Of a DNA stretch of 64,000 nt, positions 1 to 8,467 are shown in pieces. A program made the position numbers and the translations under genes. The notes beneath the pieces are model-generated. The model was given only the letters and a program-made list of their open reading frames with translations, was not told the origin of the DNA and did not search any database. Position 1 is the first letter of the stretch. Every line of letters starts with the position of its first letter. Location of the stretch: positions 6,899 through 70,898 of the forward strand of contig JAJZKP010000002.1 in the NCBI GenBank assembly GCA_021804105.1, written 5' to 3'. This DNA comes from Candidatus Micrarchaeota archaeon. Its GTDB lineage: Archaea > Micrarchaeota > Micrarchaeia > Micrarchaeales > CABMGC01.

Positions 1-182
1 TCTGCTCCGTGCATCTGGCCCTGGATCATACATAAATACCCGCGTCAGCCACCTCTCCCTCCTGCCTCTTTGGCCGTGTTACTGCATTCACATACCGAGA
101 TTAAGTTTCCCGCAAAATCATAATATTTAAATAGTAAACTCCGGTTCTGCTTACCTGGTTTCCACTCAACTTCAACAATCGG

Positions 183-190
183 TTTAAATA
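183..190 (+). promoter_or_regulatory. TATA-box-like element TTTAAATA upstream of nrdJ (second candidate CTATATAC at 204-211)
   Basis: Direct read. Matches archaeal TATA consensus TTTAWATA. Lies about 96 nt upstream of the preferred nrdJ ATG at 286. Confidence 0.35.
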
Positions 191-207
191 CCTTGCTTTA
201 ACTCTAT

Positions 208-223
208 ATACCAGCAATTGTGT
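208..223. promoter_or_regulatory. NrdR-box-like operator, box 1 (ataccagcaattgtgt)
   Basis: 11/16 match to the published NrdR-box consensus acaCwAtATaTwGtgt, with a strong right half-site aTTGTGT. Centre is 32 bp upstream of the centre of box 2. Confidence 0.4.
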
Positions 224-239
224 CCATAGGCTCATTGCT

Positions 240-255
240 GCACAACATGTTGTGT
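240..255. promoter_or_regulatory. NrdR-box-like operator, box 2 (gcacaacatgttgtgt)
   Basis: Contains a 14-bp perfect palindrome cacaacatgttgtg (241-254). 13/16 match to the NrdR-box consensus. Sits 31 nt upstream of the nrdJ ATG, and nrdR is encoded just downstream of nrdJ. Confidence 0.6.
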
Positions 256-285
256 GTTGGTCGACTAGCTGACGTGGGTGTCTAT

Positions 286-2688
286 ATGTCCGAAACCGAG
301 AAAAAAACCGAGATTCTTGAACAAACAAAAAACCTTAACGAAGAAGGCGCAGTGATACTTCCAAAGGAGACTCTTGACTACTTCGGGGGTGATGAGATAA
401 GGGCCAGGGTCTTCTACGAGAAATACGCCCTAAAGGATGAAAACGGCAAGATAGTCGAGAAACTGCCCCAACAGATGTGGGAAAGAGTCGCCAGGGAAAT
501 TGCCTCGGTTGAAACAACCCCTGAAAAGAGGCAGGAATGGCTTGAGAAGTTCAAGTGGCTCCTGGGAGATTTCAAGTTCCTCCCTGGGGGCAGGATCATG
601 TTCGGTGCAGGACAGGCAAGGAAGTCAACCCTGCTCAACTGCTATGTCATACCAATCAAGGAAGACTCAATAGAGGCCATCTTCGACTGGTGCAAGGAGG
701 CAGCAAGAACCTACAGCTATGGCGGAGGAGTAGGAACTGACATATCAATACTCAGACCTAAGGGTGCACCGGTAAACAACTCCGCAGTCCACTCAACCGG
801 GTCCACTTCATTCATGAACATATTCAGTGAGACTACGCACACCATAGGCCAGTCAGGAAGGAGGGGCGCGCTCATGATAACCATAAACGTGGACCATCCG
901 GACATACTAGACTTCATCAACATAAAAAAGGACCTCATGTCGGTGAGGTACGCCAACATAAGCGTAAAGATAACCGACGAGTTTATGAGGGCTGTAGAGG
1001 CAGATACCGACTTCACGCTTAGGTATAACAACAAGGTAATAGGAGAATATGATAAGAAGGTGAGGGCCAGGGATATCTGGAATACGCTTGTATCGTCTGC
1101 CAGAGACTGGGCCGAACCAGGCCTGATCTTCTGGGACCAGGTGAAGAGGTACTCTCCAAGCGAGTACAATGGCATGGATGTGGTGGGCACCAACCCCTGT
1201 TCTGAGCAGCCGCTCCAGGGCTACGGCGCCTGCGACCTCGGAAACATCAACCTTTCCTCATTCGTTGCTGGCTCATTCACTGACAAGGCGACTCTGGACT
1301 GGTCATCATTGGAGAAGACAGTTAGGTATGGGGTCAGGTTCCTCGACGACGTGCTTGATTACAACATGGACAAGCACCCGCTCAAGCAGCAGACCGAAGC
1401 AGCAAGGAGCAGTCGAAGGATAGGGGTAGGAGTCACCGGGCTCGGAGACATGTTCATCAAGCTGAAGATAAAATATGACAGCGACCAGGCGCTTGCATTC
1501 ACAGACGACCTATTCAACAAGATCGAGCACATAGCGTATGATGAGAGCATAGAAATAGCCAGGGAGAAGGGCTCGTTCCCGCTCTTCGACAAGGAGAAGC
1601 ACCTTGCCATGCCATTCGTGAAGACCCTCGCCCCGGAGACGCAGCAGAAGATAAGTGCGTACGGGCTTAGGAACGTGGCGATACTGACCGTTCCTCCTGT
1701 CGGCAGCGGCTCGGTGCTAGCAGGCACATCAAGCGGAATAGAGCCTGTATTTGCGTTCTCGTACACAAGAAGAAGTGAGTCTCTCAGCCAGGAGTTCTTC
1801 AAGGTTTATCACCCGCTCGCCCTGGAATACATGAAACTTGCCGACCTGAAGGACGATTCCCAGCTTCCCGACTTCTTCATACCTTCCCACAAGATCAACG
1901 CTGACTTTAGGGTGAAGATGCAAGGCACCATACAGCGCCATATAGACAGCGCAATATCATCAACAGTCAATCTGCCCAAGGAGACTACTGTGGAACAGGT
2001 GGGGCAGATCTACATGCAAGCCTGGAAGGCTGGATGCAAGGGCATAACCGTATACAGGGAGGGCTCAAGAGAAGGAATTCTTATAACAGACGAAGAGGCA
2101 TCTAAACAGAAGGAAAAGACTGAAGAGAGCGCAGAGTCACACCATCTCGCCCTAGAGCCATGGAAAAGGACAAGGCTTCTTGTAGGCCAGACGGTCAAGA
2201 TAAAGATGCCCCAAGGCGCGCTCTATATCACGGCCAACATGGATGAGAACGCGGTAATGCGCGAGGTATTCATCAACCTCGGCAAGACTGGGAGCGAGGA
2301 GAAGAGCTATGCCGAAGCCATAGGCAGGCTGATAAGCAAATACCTGCAGATCGGCGGGGACATAAGGGAAGTCGTGGACTCGCTGAAGGGCATAAAGTCC
2401 AACTCGTCGATCTCGTGGGACCAGGGAATGAAGATATACAGCGTCCCCGACTCAATAGCCAAAGGGCTTGAGGTCATGCTAGGCATGCAGGCCCCTGTCT
2501 ATGCCGCGCCCCTTTCGAAGGACTCAACCACCAAGATAATAACCACAGGGCAGCAGATGCCCATAACTGGCACTGAGAACGAGACGCAGAAGCGCTTGGA
2601 AATCTGTATCTCCTGCGGCGAGCGCACAGTGGCTCATGAGAACGGCTGTTATGTTTGCAAGATGTGCGGGTACACAAAGTGCGACTGA
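286..2688 (+). CDS. nrdJ: Ribonucleoside-triphosphate/diphosphate reductase, class II (adenosylcobalamin-dependent)
   Basis: ORF 220-2688. Preferred ATG at 286 (MSETEKK...) because the 22-aa GTG extension overlaps the operator and is not RNR-like. Active-site loop NPCSEQPLQGYGACDLGNINL and C-terminal Cys-rich finger CISCGER..CYVCKMCGYTKC. About 800 aa, no intein. Confidence 0.95.
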   Translation: MSETEKKTEILEQTKNLNEEGAVILPKETLDYFGGDEIRARVFYEKYALKDENGKIVEKLPQQMWERVAREIASVETTPEKRQEWLEKFKWLLGDFKFLPGGRIMFGAGQARKSTLLNCYVIPIKEDSIEAIFDWCKEAARTYSYGGGVGTDISILRPKGAPVNNSAVHSTGSTSFMNIFSETTHTIGQSGRRGALMITINVDHPDILDFINIKKDLMSVRYANISVKITDEFMRAVEADTDFTLRYNNKVIGEYDKKVRARDIWNTLVSSARDWAEPGLIFWDQVKRYSPSEYNGMDVVGTNPCSEQPLQGYGACDLGNINLSSFVAGSFTDKATLDWSSLEKTVRYGVRFLDDVLDYNMDKHPLKQQTEAARSSRRIGVGVTGLGDMFIKLKIKYDSDQALAFTDDLFNKIEHIAYDESIEIAREKGSFPLFDKEKHLAMPFVKTLAPETQQKISAYGLRNVAILTVPPVGSGSVLAGTSSGIEPVFAFSYTRRSESLSQEFFKVYHPLALEYMKLADLKDDSQLPDFFIPSHKINADFRVKMQGTIQRHIDSAISSTVNLPKETTVEQVGQIYMQAWKAGCKGITVYREGSREGILITDEEASKQKEKTEESAESHHLALEPWKRTRLLVGQTVKIKMPQGALYITANMDENAVMREVFINLGKTGSEEKSYAEAIGRLISKYLQIGGDIREVVDSLKGIKSNSSISWDQGMKIYSVPDSIAKGLEVMLGMQAPVYAAPLSKDSTTKIITTGQQMPITGTENETQKRLEICISCGERTVAHENGCYVCKMCGYTKCD

Positions 2689-2733
2689 AGTTAGAGCCGC
2701 CTGCCCGCATCTCTGCGCTATTGGATGTAGGCA

Positions 2734-3222
2734 ATGAGATGCCCTTACTGCAGGTCAGAGAACACCGAAGTCATTGATTCCCGCGATACCGTGAATGGGG
2801 AGAGCATACGGCGCAGGAGGGAGTGCACATCGTGCGGAAAGAGGTTCACTACCTATGAGAGGGTAGACCTGGCCGAAATAACCGTAATAAAGAAAGACTC
2901 AACCAGACAACCATTCGACAGGGTCAAGATACTAAATGGCATAGTCCATGCATGCGAGAAACGGCCCGTCAGTATGGAGCAGGCAGAGGCAATCGTCGAT
3001 AAGATAGAGAGCAAGATCCGGGCCAGTGGCATACACGAGATAGAGAGCAGGAGAATAGGGGATATGGTGGTAAAGGAACTCTTCAGGCTTGACCCTGTTG
3101 CGTACATAAGATTTGCCAGCGTGTACAACAACTTCGATTCCCCGGAGGAGTTCAAGAAGGCAGTGCTGCAGTTCAAGAATGCAGGGCGTCAGAAAGGTAG
3201 GGCTAGGAGACCTGCACGTTAA
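2734..3222 (+). CDS. nrdR: Transcriptional repressor NrdR (zinc ribbon + ATP-cone)
   Basis: MRCPYCRSENTEVIDSR...RRRRECTSCGKRFTTYERV zinc ribbon followed by an ATP-cone (VIKKDSTRQPFDRVKI...). 162 aa with a short basic tail. Confidence 0.95.
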   Translation: MRCPYCRSENTEVIDSRDTVNGESIRRRRECTSCGKRFTTYERVDLAEITVIKKDSTRQPFDRVKILNGIVHACEKRPVSMEQAEAIVDKIESKIRASGIHEIESRRIGDMVVKELFRLDPVAYIRFASVYNNFDSPEEFKKAVLQFKNAGRQKGRARRPAR

Positions 3223-3688
3223 TGTTCCCATAGATTGTGTGCGGCAGGTTCGAGTCCTGCTCTGTATAATTGATTATAAGATAGCCTAGGAAACTGGACC
3301 CTACCTTCCCTGAAAATGCATGACCGGCAGAGTAGCACTGGACTGCCATGGTGTAATTGTTTCCTATATCAACAGTTACCTGGTTGGACGGAGGATTATA
3401 TGGCTTCTCCATTATCATACTCGATATCGTAGTATTTGAGTTGCATCCTGCCGCGGTCATGTTCACCGGGGATCCGGTCGTCTGTAATATCGTGAAAGAG
3501 AGCAGTCCATTCTGCGACATGTATAGATTTGTGCATGAGAACCCTGCAGGAAGCACACAGGTAGTCGAGGGAGCGGGGTTGAAGATCTGAAGGTAGAACA
3601 AGACCGCACCAACTATGGCTATTACCACGAGCGCCCAGCCGTAAGTTGTTATATACTCCATTGCGGACTGAAGCCTGTATGCTGCCAT
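3203..3688 (-). CDS. Archaeal type IV pilin-like protein (class III signal peptide)
   Basis: N-terminus MAAYRLQSAMEYITTYGWALVVIAIVGAVLF has the short charged leader, the QSAMEY motif and a hydrophobic helix typical of prepilin-peptidase substrates. The rest is sequon-rich. Confidence 0.7.
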   Translation of the reverse strand: MAAYRLQSAMEYITTYGWALVVIAIVGAVLFYLQIFNPAPSTTCVLPAGFSCTNLYMSQNGLLSFTILQTTGSPVNMTAAGCNSNTTISSMIMEKPYNPPSNQVTVDIGNNYTMAVQCYSAGHAFSGKVGSSFLGYLIINYTEQDSNLPHTIYGNINVQVS

Positions 3689-3712
3689 AGCTTCTACTTA
3701 TGGCAGTGACGC

Positions 3713-3720
3713 TTAAATGC
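3713..3720 (-). promoter_or_regulatory. TATA-like element (minus-strand GCATTTAAGC) for the pilin-like gene, leaderless spacing
   Basis: Centre is about 27-28 nt upstream of the ATG at 3688, and no Shine-Dalgarno-like sequence lies between. Confidence 0.45.
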
Positions 3721-3783
3721 CTAACTATTCTGTCCGACCTAGCCGCAACTTCAGCTGTATAAGCCTGTACCTGCATCTTCATG

Positions 3784-4695
3784 TCATGCGGTAATTACCG
3801 TGCACGAATCCTTCTCTACTATCATCTCCTTTTCTGACTGCGCCACCATGCCGCCTTTCTTCTCTACCAGGACCGGGAAGGTCTCCAATGCGCCCGCATA
3901 GGAAAGTTCCGCAAGTGCCCTTCGTATAGCAAAGTCGCTCAGGCCTTTCATTTCCTTGTTAAGCCATCTTCCCGCAAAAGGATAAGTGAGATAGTTCTCC
4001 TCTATGAACGCCGAAACGCTCCTTGTCTCGCCAGACCTTACTGCAGCATCCCCTGTCTTCTGGAATATCTCCACTGTCTCTCCTTCCCTCACCAGACCTT
4101 CGCCATTGGTTATGAAGGGCTCAATAGCAATGACTTGCCCTTCCTCAAGTTCTGTAGTGTCGCCGTTATCATAATTAGGTATAAATACGTCTGCATGCAG
4201 CTCATGCTGCTCGACCCCATGGCCTCCAAGGTTCCTTATAGGAACAAAGCCCGCGGATCTTGCGACCTTTTCTATCTCCTTCCCTATCTCATTGACTTTC
4301 CTGCCTGCCTTTACCATGCCTATCGCAGTCTCTAGGGCAGTCTGGCTTGCCTCAACAAGTTTGCCGTAATTCCCAGAGAGATCTACAGTGACTGCGCAGT
4401 CACCCAAATAATGACCTTTCCTGGCCCCAACGTCCAGTTTAACCAGCCCATTCTCAGGCACGACCGACACATCATCGAATGTAGGGGTGTAGTGCGCGGC
4501 GCTCTGGTTTATCGATATATTCACCGGAAACGCAAGCTCGAATCCCTTGCCCCTGATGTATCCTTCCACCGCTTCAGCTATGTCCAGCAATCCTACCCCG
4601 GCCTTAACAAGGCCCTTTCCGTGCAACAGCGCCTCATACGAAGCCTTCCCAACCTCCTTTATTGTCCCGTAATCGTAGTCGTCCTTTTTCTCCAT
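3784..4695 (-). CDS. map: Methionine aminopeptidase, type 2 (archaeal/eukaryal type)
   Basis: Pita-bread fold motifs (AAHYTP, DVGARKGHYLGDCAVT, GHGVEQHELHA, IAIEPF). ORF track starts at TTG 4701; the ATG at 4695 is preferred. Confidence 0.93.
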   Translation of the reverse strand: MEKKDDYDYGTIKEVGKASYEALLHGKGLVKAGVGLLDIAEAVEGYIRGKGFELAFPVNISINQSAAHYTPTFDDVSVVPENGLVKLDVGARKGHYLGDCAVTVDLSGNYGKLVEASQTALETAIGMVKAGRKVNEIGKEIEKVARSAGFVPIRNLGGHGVEQHELHADVFIPNYDNGDTTELEEGQVIAIEPFITNGEGLVREGETVEIFQKTGDAAVRSGETRSVSAFIEENYLTYPFAGRWLNKEMKGLSDFAIRRALAELSYAGALETFPVLVEKKGGMVAQSEKEMIVEKDSCTVITA

Positions 4696-4697
4696 AG

Positions 4698-7121
4698 TCA
4701 AAGCCTCTTCTGGGACCCTCCCTGAGCAAGTTCCTCCTCCGTGAATCCCAATTCTTTAAGTATCTTCAGCGTAGCCGGCAACACCTGGTGCTTTATGTAA
4801 TATTCCGGATCGTAATCCTTGGCAAAGTCCTCAAGTACCGCCTTCTCAGATATCGAAGCTCCTTTCCTGGTTATGATATAGCCTATCGTAGCCCCTTCAA
4901 CCTGGTCCTTGGTCTTCAAGCCTTCCTTGACTGCGCGCTTAGCAGCCGCAAGTTCCGGCGACTTAGAGTCGTAGCTGTCTATGCCTTTCCTAAGCTGGGT
5001 ATATATGACAAGGTCCTTCAGCTGAGTGTTCCCGGATTTCAGCTGCGTTATTACTTCCTTGACGATAGAGACGGCCTTCTCCTTGCTTCCCTCATGTAGT
5101 ACTGCTTCAAGCACTTTCTTCTGTGCCTCCCTTGCCACGAACGACCAGTCCCTGCGCACAAGCTCAAATCCTTTTATCTTTATCCTTCCAGATTCTGATA
5201 AAAGGGCATACTTCTTCTTAGCCCCCCTCGAATCGTCTCCGCTACCCTTTTTGCCGACGAACACGCCTCTCACGTAAAAGTCCTCAAGCTCAAGCTCCAT
5301 TGATTCAGGCAGCGACTTGTTGACCGCCTTCAGGAAATTAAGCGCGTCTTCCTTTGTCTTCTCCCCTAGTAGTATGAAAAGCGAGTCCGTATCGCCATAG
5401 AGCACCCTGAAGCCACCCTTCTCAGCCTCTTCCATTGCCCTGTTTATGTAAAATCTGCCGAATGCAGTGACGCTGCTTGCACATTCTCTGTGGTACCAGC
5501 GCGAGCGTGCATAGCCAAGGTATCCATAAAAGGAATTTGCAAGTATCTTCAACGCCTGCGACCTTGCTGCAAGCTCCTTGCTGTCCGGATTCTTCTTGTA
5601 TGCTTTCTTTACTGCGGTCCTCTCTGCCACAAGCATCCTGAGTGCCTTTGGCACTATGCCCATCGGGCTTTTCTTGAACTTGGTGCCGTCAGGGGATTCG
5701 TAATACTCAGGGCAGTCCTTGCATATGGTTGACGGGTCTATGTTATGCGCTATTATTATCGAAGGATACAGCCCCCTGAAGTCGAATACGGCTATGTTAT
5801 CATAAATTCCCGCGTCAGGAGTCTTTACGTACGCGCCTTCAAACGGATTGGCCAGCCTGTTTGCTATATCCGATTCGCTTGGCTTGTTCGGTATGAGCTC
5901 GTTGTTGTTCCTCGCATACCTCATAAGCAGGTACTCCACCAGCTGGCCTGTTGTGGAGATCGCCGCCTCTCCCAGAGTGGTGCCGGTAACCTTGGCAATT
6001 TCCACCTCCAGAGGTAGGAAGAACTCGTACAGCTTCTCCAGCGCCAGCGAGTCGCTGAGCGAATACTCTGCAAGCTCCTCAAGCATCTCCCTGCCACCAT
6101 CCCACATCTGCCAGATATTCTTCTTCTCTACAGTTACCTTGGTATCGCCTACGATTGATCTGTACACTTCTCCAAGTGTAAACCTGTTTATCTTGAGAAG
6201 TTTCTCCGAGGCGCCTACTATAGAAACGAACTTAGTCACATTGTATACATCAAGGTTGGTTCTTCCTGGTATCTTGACTGTCTCAAGCAGGCCGTGGTGC
6301 TCCTGTTTTGGATCTTCTCCATACCTTGTTATATCAAATTTGGTACCCGTCTTTTCGGCCCTCTTTAGCAGGTACGGCAGGTCGAAGTTCGATGAATTGT
6401 AACCAGCAATTATATCTGTATTATTCTTCTTCACCACCTCAGAAAACGCGTCTATCATTTCCTTTTCCCCAGGCAAGCATACCACAAACGGCTTGTCTAT
6501 CCGCTTTGTAGTGAGCACTTTAGCATCCTTCCCATTGGTGTAGCTTATCATTATCGAAGGGTCCAGGTCGGGTTTCGGTACTACTCGCGGGTTATAAGTC
6601 TCAATGTCGAAGCAGATATAATTGAACTTGAATCCGCGTACTTCAGACGGTGCTATAGCATCGACTACTAACCTCTCCCCGTCCCTGTGCGCCTTGGCCT
6701 TCACCCCAAACATCGGCGAAATGTCTTTGTCTATGAGATACCTCTTCCAGAAAACGACATCGTATTCGTAGACCTCGCCAAACTCCTTGAGGTAGTCGCT
6801 GAGCTTAGGCACATGTCTTGTGTTGCTCACTTCAATTCTGTAGGCCCTGACTATCTGCCCTCTGAGGCCTATCTCGATTTTCTTAACTTCCTTTGCAGCT
6901 ATCTCCTCGCTGTTGTCAAGAATCTTTATCCCTTTCAGAACCTTCTCGTCTGTATTGGAGCTGCTTGGAATCAGATAGAAATATGGATAGAAAGAGAAAT
7001 CAAAGAGGCAAAAGGACTCTTCCCCTCTCCTAAGGGTCAGCCTTATCACGCTCCTGTTGTCCAGATTCGAATAACCTGCGTCAATTAATATTCCTTCTAA
7101 CTCTAATTCCTCCATGCCCAT
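4698..7121 (-). CDS. polB: DNA polymerase, family B
   Basis: Exo I CFDIETYN, polymerase motifs FRGLYPSIIIAHNI, KILANSFYGYLGY and YGDTDSLF. 807 aa, no intein. Confidence 0.96.
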   Translation of the reverse strand: MGMEELELEGILIDAGYSNLDNRSVIRLTLRRGEESFCLFDFSFYPYFYLIPSSSNTDEKVLKGIKILDNSEEIAAKEVKKIEIGLRGQIVRAYRIEVSNTRHVPKLSDYLKEFGEVYEYDVVFWKRYLIDKDISPMFGVKAKAHRDGERLVVDAIAPSEVRGFKFNYICFDIETYNPRVVPKPDLDPSIMISYTNGKDAKVLTTKRIDKPFVVCLPGEKEMIDAFSEVVKKNNTDIIAGYNSSNFDLPYLLKRAEKTGTKFDITRYGEDPKQEHHGLLETVKIPGRTNLDVYNVTKFVSIVGASEKLLKINRFTLGEVYRSIVGDTKVTVEKKNIWQMWDGGREMLEELAEYSLSDSLALEKLYEFFLPLEVEIAKVTGTTLGEAAISTTGQLVEYLLMRYARNNNELIPNKPSESDIANRLANPFEGAYVKTPDAGIYDNIAVFDFRGLYPSIIIAHNIDPSTICKDCPEYYESPDGTKFKKSPMGIVPKALRMLVAERTAVKKAYKKNPDSKELAARSQALKILANSFYGYLGYARSRWYHRECASSVTAFGRFYINRAMEEAEKGGFRVLYGDTDSLFILLGEKTKEDALNFLKAVNKSLPESMELELEDFYVRGVFVGKKGSGDDSRGAKKKYALLSESGRIKIKGFELVRRDWSFVAREAQKKVLEAVLHEGSKEKAVSIVKEVITQLKSGNTQLKDLVIYTQLRKGIDSYDSKSPELAAAKRAVKEGLKTKDQVEGATIGYIITRKGASISEKAVLEDFAKDYDPEYYIKHQVLPATLKILKELGFTEEELAQGGSQKRL

Positions 7122-7153
7122 CCTACAAACTGCAAAGCGGCGAGCTGAGAAGA

Positions 7154-7552
7154 TCAGGCTGTCGGCTCAAGCTTAGCTCTGGAAAGCGGCAAAGGCGCTG
7201 CGAAGCCTATCGAATAGGCAACTAGCGTCCCCCTGGCGCCACATTCAAAGTTAAGCAGGTTTATGACGTCCTCAGCGTATCTCAATGGCAAGGTCTTCTT
7301 CTCCTTCCACGTGGAGGTTATCTCGTCTGCGTCCTTCTTGTTCTCCTTTGAGAGCACATTTCCCGTTATCTTAAGCTGGCCTATCTCCTTTGCCCCGGCG
7401 CCTTCATATACTGCAGTAAAAGTGAATCCTACCGTGACACTGTCCTTCTCAACCTTGACATCCTCAAAGTTAATATTGAATTTCATGTTTCCTATAGCTT
7501 CGCTGACTTTTCTATCTGCTTCTACCCTGGTTACTTCTAATCCTGTTATCAT
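7154..7552 (-). CDS. Hypothetical protein (132 aa) upstream of polB
   Basis: Clean ATG-initiated ORF 32 nt upstream of polB on the same strand. Mostly beta-type sequence pattern. Faint resemblance to SecB-like folds only. Confidence 0.6.
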   Translation of the reverse strand: MITGLEVTRVEADRKVSEAIGNMKFNINFEDVKVEKDSVTVGFTFTAVYEGAGAKEIGQLKITGNVLSKENKKDADEITSTWKEKKTLPLRYAEDVINLLNFECGARGTLVAYSIGFAAPLPLSRAKLEPTA

Positions 7553-7646
7553 TTAATCACTCCAATAACCTATGTAATTCAAGATTTATAAATGCAATGC
7601 CGGCATAGCCATAAATTGATATGCTGTCCATCTCTTATTCAAACAA

Positions 7647-7721
7647 GGGCATGTGGCGTAACTTGGATAGCGCATCGGGCTTCGGACCCGAGGGTTGCGG
7701 GTTCAAATCCCGTCATGCCCG
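7647..7721 (+). tRNA. tRNA-Arg (anticodon TCG)
   Basis: Hand-folded cloverleaf: acceptor GGGCATG/CATGCCC, D-loop AACTTGGATA, anticodon stem TCGGG/CCCGA with loop CTTCGGA, T-arm GCGGG-TTCAAAT-CCCGT, discriminator G. 75 nt, no encoded CCA. Confidence 0.9.
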
Positions 7722-7742
7722 TCAATTAAGGAATGGATTCAA

Positions 7743-8279
7743 ATGAAGATAAACTTGGGATCTAAGAACGTGGCAAAAGTAGAGGCTCTGAAGGACACAA
7801 TAAAGAGCTACAGCATGTTTAACGGAGCGGAATTGGAAGTTATCGAGGTTGACTCTGGCGTTTCTGCGCATCCAACCTCAATTGAGGAAACCATGCGTGG
7901 AGCAATGAACCGCGCCAGGAACAGCTTCGGTGAATGCAATTATAGCTTCGGCATAGAATCCGGATTAATGGCTGTGCCTTTTACCAAGACGGGCCGGATG
8001 GAAACCTGCTCCTGTGCAATATACGACGGAAGGAATATCTACTTCGGCCTTTCCTCTGCCTTTGAGTATCCTCCACAAATCACAAGAATGATTCTTGAAG
8101 GAATAGAGGCAAGCGAGGCGTTCCGCAAGGCAGACATAACTAACCATGTCAAGCTGGGCAACACCGAAGGCGGCATTATAGGTCTGCTTACCAAGGGCAA
8201 CGTGAGCAGGAAAGAGTATACGAAGCAGGCCATAAACAACGCACTGATCCAGCTTGAGAATCCGGAGCTCTATAAATAA
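7743..8279 (+). CDS. Inosine/xanthosine triphosphatase-like NTPase (YjjX/DUF84 family)
   Basis: MKINLGSKNVAKVEAL...DSGVSAHPTSIEETMRGAMNRARN parallels the YjjX N-terminal and SGV..P.G..ET..GA.NR motifs. The ORF-track TTG start at 7695 lies inside the tRNA, so the ATG at 7743 is used. Confidence 0.8.
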   Translation: MKINLGSKNVAKVEALKDTIKSYSMFNGAELEVIEVDSGVSAHPTSIEETMRGAMNRARNSFGECNYSFGIESGLMAVPFTKTGRMETCSCAIYDGRNIYFGLSSAFEYPPQITRMILEGIEASEAFRKADITNHVKLGNTEGGIIGLLTKGNVSRKEYTKQAINNALIQLENPELYK

Positions 8280-8284
8280 TCCAT

Positions 8285-8359
8285 GGGCATGTAGTGTAAC
8301 TTGGATAGCACGGCGGCTTCCGGAGCCGTAAGTTGCGGGTTCAAATCCCGTCATGCCCG
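8285..8359 (+). tRNA. tRNA-Arg (anticodon CCG)
   Basis: Cloverleaf with the same acceptor and T-arm as the tRNA at 7647. Anticodon stem GCGGC/GCCGT with loop TTCCGGA. 75 nt. Confidence 0.9.
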
Positions 8360-8437
8360 TACCGGCCCGGTGCAATGCATCAAGCACATCTCAGAATCCT
8401 AATCATCCGAGTTATTCCTCCTCCTTGTAAATGCCTT

Positions 8438-8445
8438 TTTTATAT
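8438..8445 (+). promoter_or_regulatory. TATA box TTTTATAT for the P-type ATPase gene, leaderless spacing
   Basis: Centre is 26-27 nt upstream of the ATG at 8468. Confidence 0.5.
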
Positions 8446-8467
8446 GCTTTATTGCAAATGGTAACTC

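Noticed and set aside
1-100. Possible start of a minus-strand gene (ATG at 33 reading out of the window)
   Set aside because: Only 11 codons are visible, so it cannot be supported.
220-285. GTG-initiated 22-codon N-terminal extension of the RNR ORF (MSIGSLLHNMLCVGRLADVGVY)
   Set aside because: It is not RNR-like and would place the putative operator palindrome inside the coding sequence. The ATG at 286 has a GGGTG Shine-Dalgarno-like sequence 7 nt upstream.
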